Positions 53,008-59,850 of a stretch of DNA of 64,000 nucleotides are shown here, piece after piece. The notes under the pieces are model-generated. The model was not told where the DNA came from and searched no databases. It saw only the letters and a list, made by a program, of their open reading frames with translations. How positions within the stretch are numbered: position 1 is the first letter of the stretch; each line of letters opens with the position of its first letter. Origin of the DNA: an uncultured Anaerolineaceae bacterium (lineage in GTDB: Bacteria > Chloroflexota > Anaerolineae > Anaerolineales > UBA4823). The stretch covers positions 9,914-73,913 of the forward strand of contig CAYXDC010000006.1 of the NCBI GenBank assembly GCA_964463505.1. The letters run 5' to 3'. A program made the translations under genes and the position numbers.

Positions 53008-54069
53008 ATGGCCAGAGTATTTGATGTCATAGAATATCCAAATGAGATGCGTGATGAGATTGTCCACCGCTTCCCCGAAGAGGGACCGGGCAATTTCCGC
53101 ATCGGTTCACAGCTGATCGTGCGTGAATCGCAGACTGCGGTGTTCTTCCGGGATGGCAACGCCCTGGATGTGTTCGGCCCTGGACGGCATACAATCACTA
53201 CCGCGAACGTACCGCTGTTGACCGATCTGCTGGGGAATCTGTTCAGTGGTCGTACACCCTTCCCGGCGGAAGTGTACTTTGTGTCGATGCGTGAATTCGC
53301 TGACCGCAAATGGGGCACTCCGCAGCCGATTATCGTGCGCAACCCCAATATGGGCCTGGGTGTAGCACTGCTGCAAGGTTTCGGCGCCTACAGCTTCCAG
53401 GTGAAGGACCCGCAGCAGTTCGTGACCCAGGTAGTGGGCACACAGGGGATTTACAACACCAGCGATATCGAATCTCGCTTGCGCTCCATGCTGCTCTCCC
53501 GCCTGCAGGATCTGCTGGGCGAGACGGCGGCTAAGAACAGTGTGCCGGAGATGATCGGCTTGACCGACGAGCTCGGGGCCGGCGTGCGCGCCAAGGCGCA
53601 AGACGATTTCCTGGCGCTGGGCCTGGTGCTTAAGACCTTCTATATCGAAAACTTAAAGCCTTCCACCAAGTCGGCGGAAGAGCTGCGCCAGATGGGCATG
53701 CTCGATATGGCTACCTACACCCAGTTGCAGGCCGCAGATGCCATGCGCGATGCAGCCCAGAACCCCAGCGGTGGGGCTGGCCTGACGGCAGGTATTGGCG
53801 CAGGTCTGGGCGTGGGCAATGTGCTGGCCGAATCGCTCAAAGGCATGACCGGCTCGTCAGCTTCTACACCGGCGGGCGGCGCGCCAGCCGGTGGCGCGGC
53901 TGCAGCTGCAGCTTCGGGGGTCATGACTCCCGGTGAAGCAGCTAACTACCTGAAGGTTTCCGAAGAAGATGTGCTGGCTGCGATCACTGCCGGCGATTTA
54001 AAAGCGCGCAAGATTGGCAGCGCCTTCCGTATCAGCAAGGAAGCCCTGGACGATTTTTTGAAGGGCTAA
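53008..54069 (+). CDS. SPFH-domain protein (YdjI/COG4260-like) with a C-terminal excisionase-type HTH
   Basis: N-terminus FDVIEYPNEMRDEIVHRFP...LIVRESQTAVFFRDGNALDVFGPGRHT, then a Gly/Ala linker. The last ~50 aa, MTPGEAANYLKVSEEDVLAAITAGDLKARKIGSAFRISKEALDDFL, resembles an HTH_17 domain. Confidence 0.7.
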   Translation: MARVFDVIEYPNEMRDEIVHRFPEEGPGNFRIGSQLIVRESQTAVFFRDGNALDVFGPGRHTITTANVPLLTDLLGNLFSGRTPFPAEVYFVSMREFADRKWGTPQPIIVRNPNMGLGVALLQGFGAYSFQVKDPQQFVTQVVGTQGIYNTSDIESRLRSMLLSRLQDLLGETAAKNSVPEMIGLTDELGAGVRAKAQDDFLALGLVLKTFYIENLKPSTKSAEELRQMGMLDMATYTQLQAADAMRDAAQNPSGGAGLTAGIGAGLGVGNVLAESLKGMTGSSASTPAGGAPAGGAAAAAASGVMTPGEAANYLKVSEEDVLAAITAGDLKARKIGSAFRISKEALDDFLKG

Positions 54070-54083
54070 AACTTCCAATCATC

Positions 54084-54119
54084 AAAAGGGCTGCCCGTTT
54101 TTGGGCAGCCCTTTGTTTT
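54084..54119. terminator. bidirectional intrinsic terminator
   Basis: 12-bp stem AAAGGGCTGCCC/GGGCAGCCCTTT, loop GTTTTT, followed by GTTTT. Confidence 0.8.
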
Positions 54120-54168
54120 ATGTGCGCCCAGCCAGGTTTTGACAGGGCAAAGGTTCACCAGGTCGCGC

Positions 54169-54963
54169 TCAGGCCTCGCTCGGGTTTTCCGCCTCGGCTT
54201 CTACTTCGGCCACCACATCTGTTTCGGTGGGTTCTTCGCTCTTTTCGACCGGCCCCAGCGTCTCTGGGTTTTCAAAGGCTGCGCGCAGCTCATTGATCTG
54301 GGCATTGGACAAGGTCGGCCCCTTGCTTTTAGCCGCCTTGCGCACCACATCCTTGAGCTTGTCGGCTGTTACGAATGGGAAAGCTGGTAATTCATCCTCC
54401 GGCTGCACTACCGTTACGCGCGGGTTGATGAATACCAGCGCCGCGTTCACCGTTGGCAGCTTATCTTCTGGCAGCACTTTGCGCAAATAAGAACGTACAC
54501 GGGCGATCTCAGCCTGGACTTCTAAGTCAGGCCGTCCAATCCCTTCCTGCCCAAAAATTTTCAGATAAATATTGCCGCCCTTTTGGCGATAACGCCCATT
54601 TGCGTAGCTGATGGCGCCGCCTTGATAGCGCGGCTGGATCACCCACAACCCCGAAGGACCTACCAGCAGGTGTGCAGCCGGGGTGGTGTAATGGTACATC
54701 GTGTAACGCCCATCCAGCCCTTTGAGGGATTTGTTGATTGCATCATAGGGGCGGGGCTGGCGCGCCCAGCGATTGCTGGTGTGGATACCCACCTGCGAGA
54801 GCAGAAAACCCAGCAGTAGCGCCCCCAGCGACAAGTTGACCATCTCGGGCATGCGGATATTGACCACCATGCCGCCCACCAGCACTGCCATGCCACTGAA
54901 CATCAGGATCTGGCCGATGCGTGTATTGCGTTTGACCAGTTGGCTATTGATCAGAATATTCAT
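54169..54963 (-). CDS. membrane protein with a NERD-like (nuclease-related) domain
   Basis: Two N-terminal TM helices, then YTMYHYTTPAAHLLVGPSGLWVIQPRYQGG, resembling the NERD core, and an acidic C-terminal tail. Confidence 0.5.
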   Translation of the reverse strand: MNILINSQLVKRNTRIGQILMFSGMAVLVGGMVVNIRMPEMVNLSLGALLLGFLLSQVGIHTSNRWARQPRPYDAINKSLKGLDGRYTMYHYTTPAAHLLVGPSGLWVIQPRYQGGAISYANGRYRQKGGNIYLKIFGQEGIGRPDLEVQAEIARVRSYLRKVLPEDKLPTVNAALVFINPRVTVVQPEDELPAFPFVTADKLKDVVRKAAKSKGPTLSNAQINELRAAFENPETLGPVEKSEEPTETDVVAEVEAEAENPSEA

Positions 54964-54975
54964 AAATCTCCTTGT

Positions 54976-56223
54976 TTATCCGCCAAAGCGGGTGAGCACT
55001 ACACAGGCATTTTGCCCGCCCAACCCAAAAGAATTGGACATGGCCACGTTAATAACTGCCGGGCGCGCCTGGTTGGGTACGTAATCCAGGTCGCAATCGG
55101 GGTCAGGGGTTTCGTAATTGATGGTGGGCGGCAGGAAGCCTTCGCAGATCGCCATGACACAGGCAATCGCCTCCAGCATGCCCGATGCCCCCATGGCATG
55201 CCCCAGCATCGACTTGGTCGAACTGATTGCCAGTTTATAGGCATGCTCCCCAAAGACATCCTTGATCGCTTTGGTCTCGGTCGCATCATTGAGCGGGGTC
55301 GATGAACCGTGGGCATTGATATAATCCACGGCCTCCAGGGGCAGGTTGGCGTCGCGCAGCGCCCAGCGCATGGCGCGCGCCGGGCCCAGACCCTGCGGCT
55401 CGGGGGCTGCCATGTGAAAAGCATCCGTGGAGGAAGCATGCCCGGCGATCTCGGCGTAAATCCGCGCCCCGCGCGCCTGGGCGTGCTCCAGGCTCTCCAC
55501 CACCATGGCGCCAGAGCCTTCGGAGAAGATAAAGCCTTCGCGATCCAGGTCAAATGGCCGTGAGGCTGCTTCGGGGCGGTCATTAAAGTTGACCGGCATG
55601 GCACGCATGGCTGAAAAACCGCCAATGGCGAAGTCCTTGATCAGGGCTTCAGTCCCGCCGGCAACCACCACATCGGCTGCGCCGCGCCGGATCAGTTCGG
55701 CGGCTTCGCCTACCACCTGAGTGCCGGTTGCGCAAGCGGTTGTGATGGTGGCATTGGGTCCCAGGCATTGAAACTGGCGCGCTACAATGAAAGCAGCCAG
55801 GTTGGGAATGCCGGACGGGATTGTAAAGGGATTGACGCGTCCGTAGCCCTCGTTGCGCAGGGTCTGCAAGCCCTCATCGATCCGGTCCAGCCCGCCGATG
55901 GCTGTGCCGAACAGCACGCCGACACGTTCGGGGTCGATAAATGGGTGGGTCAGGCATGAATCCTGGATGGCCTGGGTGGCTGCGCCCAGAGCGATCTGAG
56001 ATGAGCGTGGGATACGGCGCGCTTCTTTGCGCTCGATATAATCTTCGGGGTTGAAGCCTTCAATCTCCCCGGCAATCTGGCAGGGGAAGGGGGAGGGGTC
56101 GAATTGGGTGATGCGGCGGATGCCGGAACGTCCTGCGATCAATCCATCCCAAAGCTCCATGAGATTGTTGCCCAGACAGGTGATAGCCCCCATTCCGGTG
56201 ATGACGGCGCGTGGCTGGCTCAT
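54976..56223 (-). CDS. fabF: beta-ketoacyl-ACP synthase II
   Basis: Active-site Cys region ITTACATG, His motifs YINAHGSSTP and KSMLGHAMGASG, and C-terminal NSFGLGGQN. Confidence 0.93.
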   Translation of the reverse strand: MSQPRAVITGMGAITCLGNNLMELWDGLIAGRSGIRRITQFDPSPFPCQIAGEIEGFNPEDYIERKEARRIPRSSQIALGAATQAIQDSCLTHPFIDPERVGVLFGTAIGGLDRIDEGLQTLRNEGYGRVNPFTIPSGIPNLAAFIVARQFQCLGPNATITTACATGTQVVGEAAELIRRGAADVVVAGGTEALIKDFAIGGFSAMRAMPVNFNDRPEAASRPFDLDREGFIFSEGSGAMVVESLEHAQARGARIYAEIAGHASSTDAFHMAAPEPQGLGPARAMRWALRDANLPLEAVDYINAHGSSTPLNDATETKAIKDVFGEHAYKLAISSTKSMLGHAMGASGMLEAIACVMAICEGFLPPTINYETPDPDCDLDYVPNQARPAVINVAMSNSFGLGGQNACVVLTRFGG

Positions 56224-57278
56224 AGGGCGGGTTCCTCCGCTGTGGTTTGGGTAGCTGATAGATCGAGGTGCGCCAGGCGCTCGGCGATGGCGCCCTGCAA
56301 GGCGGAAAGCAGGTTGGCTTCCACTGCCTGGCGAGCGGTGTGCACTGCCGAGAGCATGGCGTGTGCGTCGGAGCGCCCGTGCCCGATAAAGACCAGGCCA
56401 TTGACGCCCAGAAGCGGGGCAGCGCCGATCTCGCCGGGATCCAGCATTTGCTTGATTTTACTGAAGGCTGGTTTTGCCAGGGCGGCGCCCAACATGCTCA
56501 TCGGGCTGGCTTTCAGCTCCTGCTTCAATACGTCCGTGATCAGTTTGGCGACCGCCTCGCTGGATTTGAGCAGGATGTTACCGGTAAAACCGTCCGTCAC
56601 GGCTACGTCAGCGCCCCCACCAAACAGCTCTTTCCCTTCAATATTTCCCACGAAGTTTAAGCCGCTGGCTTCCAGCAGAGGATAAACCCCGCGCACCAGC
56701 TCGTTGCCTTTGCCGGCTTCTTCGCCATTAGAAAGCAGTCCAACGCGCGGATTGGCGATGCCGCGCAGTTTATTGGCGTAGACGCTGCCCATAATGGCAA
56801 ATTGCAGTAAATGCAAAGGCTTGCAGTCCGGGTTGGCGCCGATATCGACCACCGCGCACACCCCATTTTTGACCGGAAATAGCCCGGTCAGCCCGGGGCG
56901 TTCCACCCCTGGGATAACCCCCATGCGATAATAGGCCGTCGCCAGTGCGCCGCCAGTATTGCCGGCGGTGACAAATGCGTCTGCCTCACCCCGGATCACC
57001 AGGTCGATGCCCACAGCCATGGAGGTTTGTGAGCCGCGCCGTTTGGCTTTCAGGGCTAATTTCAAGCCCTTATCTTGCATGGTGATCGTATCTGGCGCGT
57101 GGATCAGGCGCACCAATGGATGTTTGCCACCCAGGGCTTCTAGGCGCGCCTCCAGGCGGTCCTGCGGTCCTACCAGAAAGATTTCCTCGTTATACAGACG
57201 CCCGGCTTCCAGGGCTGCCTGAATTTCAGGTTCAGGGCAGTCATCACTGCCCATTGCATCCAGAGCAATACGGATCAT
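56220..57278 (-). CDS. plsX: phosphate acyltransferase PlsX
   Basis: IALDAMGSD, AFVTAGNTGG and GHGRSD motifs. Overlaps the fabF start by 4 nt. GGAGG Shine-Dalgarno. Confidence 0.92.
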   Translation of the reverse strand: MIRIALDAMGSDDCPEPEIQAALEAGRLYNEEIFLVGPQDRLEARLEALGGKHPLVRLIHAPDTITMQDKGLKLALKAKRRGSQTSMAVGIDLVIRGEADAFVTAGNTGGALATAYYRMGVIPGVERPGLTGLFPVKNGVCAVVDIGANPDCKPLHLLQFAIMGSVYANKLRGIANPRVGLLSNGEEAGKGNELVRGVYPLLEASGLNFVGNIEGKELFGGGADVAVTDGFTGNILLKSSEAVAKLITDVLKQELKASPMSMLGAALAKPAFSKIKQMLDPGEIGAAPLLGVNGLVFIGHGRSDAHAMLSAVHTARQAVEANLLSALQGAIAERLAHLDLSATQTTAEEPAL

Positions 57279-57334
57279 AAAGCCTCCTGGGTGCGCCGTG
57301 GGTTAGCATTCTACGGCGTGGATGAGTGGGAATT

Positions 57335-57352
57335 ACACCGCAGCTGCGGTGT
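57335..57352. promoter_or_regulatory. 18-bp perfect palindrome (candidate operator) upstream of plsX-fabF
   Basis: ACACCGCAGCTGCGGTGT lies 57-74 nt upstream of the plsX ATG and 22-39 nt upstream of a minus-strand TAGAAT (57308-57313). Confidence 0.35.
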
Positions 57353-57360
57353 GGTCGAGG

Positions 57361-57480
57361 GGCAAGCTCGAAAGCAGCATCGCTGACACGCAAGTAGCGT
57401 CGCTGATACGCAAGTAGCGTCGCTGACACGCAAGTAGCTTCGCTGACACGAAAGTAGCGTCGCTTGACAGATCAGCGATG
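57361..57480. repeat. 20-bp abutting tandem direct repeat array (4 near-perfect units plus 2 degenerate flanking units)
   Basis: CGCTGACACGCAAGTAGCGT at 57381, 57401, 57421 and 57441, each with at most 1 mismatch. Degenerate units at 57361 and 57461; the last one supplies the TTGACA -35 box. Confidence 0.95.
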
Positions 57481-57491
57481 GAGATTATAAT
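57464..57491 (+). promoter_or_regulatory. consensus sigma70 promoter of tRNA-Leu
   Basis: TTGACA (57464-57469), 16-nt spacer, TATAAT (57486-57491). The predicted TSS is about 57498, 5 nt before the mature tRNA 5' end. Confidence 0.7.
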
Positions 57492-57502
57492 ACCACTACT
57501 TT

Positions 57503-57584
57503 GCGCTGGTGCTGGAATTGGCAGACAGGCATGGTTGAGGGCCATGTGCCGCAAGGCGTGAGGGTTCAAGTCCCTCCCAGCGCA
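57503..57584 (+). tRNA. tRNA-Leu (anticodon GAG), no encoded CCA
   Basis: Hand-folded cloverleaf. Acceptor GCGCTGG/CCAGCGC, 3-bp D stem with a GG-containing loop, and anticodon stem CATGG/CCATG with loop TTGAGGG. A 13-nt variable arm (class II), T arm GAGGG-TTCAAGT-CCCTC and discriminator A. Confidence 0.92.
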
Positions 57585-57591
57585 CACAGAC

Positions 57592-57612
57592 AACCGCCTG
57601 CGGGCGGTTTTT
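57592..57612 (+). terminator. intrinsic terminator after tRNA-Leu
   Basis: AACCGCC-tgcg-GGCGGTT followed by TTT(G). Confidence 0.7.
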
Positions 57613-57829
57613 GTATTTGTTAAAAGACCCAAGACCGGCAAGCTCAAAATTCAAAAATAACTGGACACTTATATCTGGTTGTAGTAAACTTTTTTCATTA
57701 AGCTTCGAGGCAGTGTTCTAATGCTGCGAAAGGCAGGTGATACACGCTTAGCAGACCAGCCCTTTTCCGTGAACCATACACAACGCCCTGATCAATTGTA
57801 AGATTTGCAAATTACCAAGGAGGAAGTAA

Positions 57830-58582
57830 ATGAAACGCCGATTTTGGATTCTGATGATTGCCATGCTGGTGCTCAGTATGGCGCTGGCTGCTTGCTCGAC
57901 TGGCGGGACGCAAAAAGTGCGCGTCGCCACCGATGCCACCTGGCCTCCCTTTGAAATGGTGGACGAGGCTACCAAAGAGATCGTCGGGTTTGATATCGAC
58001 CTGATGAACGCGGTTGCTGAAAAAGGTGGCTTTGAAGTCGAGTTTGTCAACGTGGGCTTCGACCCACTCCTGGCAGGCATGGCTTCCTGCCAGTATGATG
58101 CAGCCATCTCGGCCATCACCATCACCGAAGAACGCAAAGCCGATTTTGGCTTCTCCGGTCCATATTTTTCTGCTGGGCAGGTGGTAGCCGTACAGGTGGA
58201 TAATATGGACATCACCGGAAAAGATACCCTGTCGGGCAAAGTGGTTGGCGCACAGATCGGCACGACCGGCGCCATCGAAATTGAAGGCATTGCTGGCGCT
58301 ACCCTCAAAACCTATGATGATGTCGGCCTGGCTTACCAGGACCTGATCAATGGACAGGTGGACGCGGTGGTGGCTGATGACGGCCTGGCGCAGGGCTATG
58401 TCGCCAAGAACTCAGAATCACTAAAAATCGTTGGCGAGCCATTCACCGACGAGTCCTACGGTATTGCAGTGTGCAAGACCAATACTGAGCTGCTTGAAAA
58501 AATCAACACTGGCCTGAATGCGGTCATTAGCGAAGGCTTGTTGGATGAGCTTACCCTGAAATGGCTGGTGGGTGAGGGTTAA
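57830..58582 (+). CDS. polar amino-acid ABC transporter substrate-binding lipoprotein (family 3)
   Basis: Lipobox LAAC and an SBP_bac_3 pattern (VATDATWPPFE..., GFDIDLMNAVA, ITEERK). Confidence 0.88.
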   Translation: MKRRFWILMIAMLVLSMALAACSTGGTQKVRVATDATWPPFEMVDEATKEIVGFDIDLMNAVAEKGGFEVEFVNVGFDPLLAGMASCQYDAAISAITITEERKADFGFSGPYFSAGQVVAVQVDNMDITGKDTLSGKVVGAQIGTTGAIEIEGIAGATLKTYDDVGLAYQDLINGQVDAVVADDGLAQGYVAKNSESLKIVGEPFTDESYGIAVCKTNTELLEKINTGLNAVISEGLLDELTLKWLVGEG

Positions 58583-58641
58583 GGCCTCCCGCAGATCGAT
58601 GGGCGAAAGACTACAGCTTCGATCTGAATGATCAACGACCA

Positions 58642-58682
58642 CAGGGTGTCTGCTTGCCACGCCACGGCAGGAAGACACCCTG
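58642..58682 (+). promoter_or_regulatory. intercistronic stem-loop between the binding-protein and permease genes
   Basis: 10-bp outer stem CAGGGTGTCT/AGACACCCTG with an inner extension and no strong U-tract. Confidence 0.4.
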
Positions 58683-58712
58683 CTTCATTATGTGTGATCC
58701 AAAGGAGGCTTG

Positions 58713-59549
58713 ATGGCTAAAACCACCAATTCCGCCCTGGCCCCGGAAGATGAAATCCTGGCCTATGTACCAGGTGCTGAGCCGAGTGCGCGCATTGATG
58801 CCTGGTGGGGGTTAGTCGCGCTGGTAGTGGTGATGATCCTGGTCATGGTGATTGGCCAACCAGATCCATTCATGCGCATCCTGCTGTTTGTGCGCGATGG
58901 CTTGTGGGTCACAGTGTACCTCACGGCCATATCTTTTTCCTTGACTTTATTCCTCGGACTGATCGGCGGTCTGGGCCGGCTCTCCAAAAACCGGGTGGTG
59001 CTTGGGATCTCTACCCTTTACGTGGAGCTGATCCGCGGCATTCCGCTGATGGTGCAGCTCATCTGGTGGTATTTTGCTTTTCCATCCATCATTAAATCCT
59101 TTGGGGCGGCGCGGGGCATCCCAGCACTGGCGAATTATCAGGCTAACGCCAATCTGATGGCGATCATCGGCTTGACGATCTGTTATGGGGCCTACATGAG
59201 TGAGATTTACCGTGCTGGCATTCAGAGCATCCCCAAAGGACAGATGGAAGCCGCCCGCAGCCTGGGCATGAATTATTTTCAATCCATGCGCCATGTGATC
59301 CTGCCGCAGGCGGTGCGGGTGATCCTGCCGCCCGTGGGCAATGAATTCATCGCCATGCTGAAAGATTCATCGCTGGTCAGCGTGGTGGCAGTCGCTGACC
59401 TCACCCGGCGGGGGCGTGAATTCATGTCTACGAATTTCAATCCGATTGAAGTCTGGTCATTGGTGGCATTGATCTACCTGGTGATGACCCTGTTCTCGGC
59501 GCGCGTGGTTTCCAACATCGAGAAACGCACCCGTACCACCAGCCATTAA
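58713..59549 (+). CDS. polar amino-acid ABC transporter permease (His/Glu/Gln/Arg/opine family)
   Basis: EAA-like loop MEAARSLGMNYFQSMRHVILPQA, about 5 TM helices, and ATG 58713 after GGAGG. Confidence 0.88.
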   Translation: MAKTTNSALAPEDEILAYVPGAEPSARIDAWWGLVALVVVMILVMVIGQPDPFMRILLFVRDGLWVTVYLTAISFSLTLFLGLIGGLGRLSKNRVVLGISTLYVELIRGIPLMVQLIWWYFAFPSIIKSFGAARGIPALANYQANANLMAIIGLTICYGAYMSEIYRAGIQSIPKGQMEAARSLGMNYFQSMRHVILPQAVRVILPPVGNEFIAMLKDSSLVSVVAVADLTRRGREFMSTNFNPIEVWSLVALIYLVMTLFSARVVSNIEKRTRTTSH

Positions 59550-59569
59550 CCCCCAAATTTTTCGCGAGC

Positions 59570-59608
59570 AGGCGAAGCGCAGCCTTGCGTTTCGCCTATT
59601 TTTATTTC
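59570..59608 (+). terminator. intrinsic terminator
   Basis: 12-bp stem AGGCGAAGCGCA/TGCGTTTCGCCT, loop GCCT, followed by ATTTTTATTT. Confidence 0.8.
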
Positions 59609-59655
59609 TGCCTTGCACAGGCAGAACCGCCCATCAATCTACTCTGGCATATTAA

Positions 59656-59684
59656 TTGCAATTTGATCCGACAGATATTATAAT
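59656..59684 (+). promoter_or_regulatory. sigma70-like promoter upstream of the cyclase gene
   Basis: TTGCAA (59656-59661), 17-nt spacer, TATAAT (59679-59684). Predicts an approximately 160-nt leader. Confidence 0.5.
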
Positions 59685-59850
59685 AATCCACAAAATACGT
59701 TGCGATCAGAAAATTCCTGACAAAATTGTAATCTGGATGGGGTGTGGTTTGAGGTAACGCTTAAGAGGCTACTCTGGTATCCTTGAAGTACGCAACTATG
59801 AGCAATAAGGTGAAAACCGGCAGCGGAACCGTCGCGCGCCAGGAGGCTGT

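Noticed and set aside
57361-57480. The 20-bp repeat array considered as a CRISPR array
   Set aside because: The units abut directly with no spacers, are only 20 bp long, and there are no cas genes. It is a simple tandem repeat in a promoter region.
57244-58308. Minus-strand ORFs of 61, 104 and 186 aa across the repeat array, the tRNA and the binding-protein gene
   Set aside because: They run antisense through a tRNA, a promoter and a well-supported lipoprotein gene. Their repeated peptide segments are simply the translation of the 20-bp DNA repeat.
59800-59835. A cobalamin-riboswitch-like string (AAGGTGAAAACCGGCAGCGG) in the cyclase leader
   Set aside because: Only a short resemblance to the GGTGAAA region. 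There is no recognisable B12 box or the rest of the conserved core, and the downstream gene is unrelated to cobalamin.
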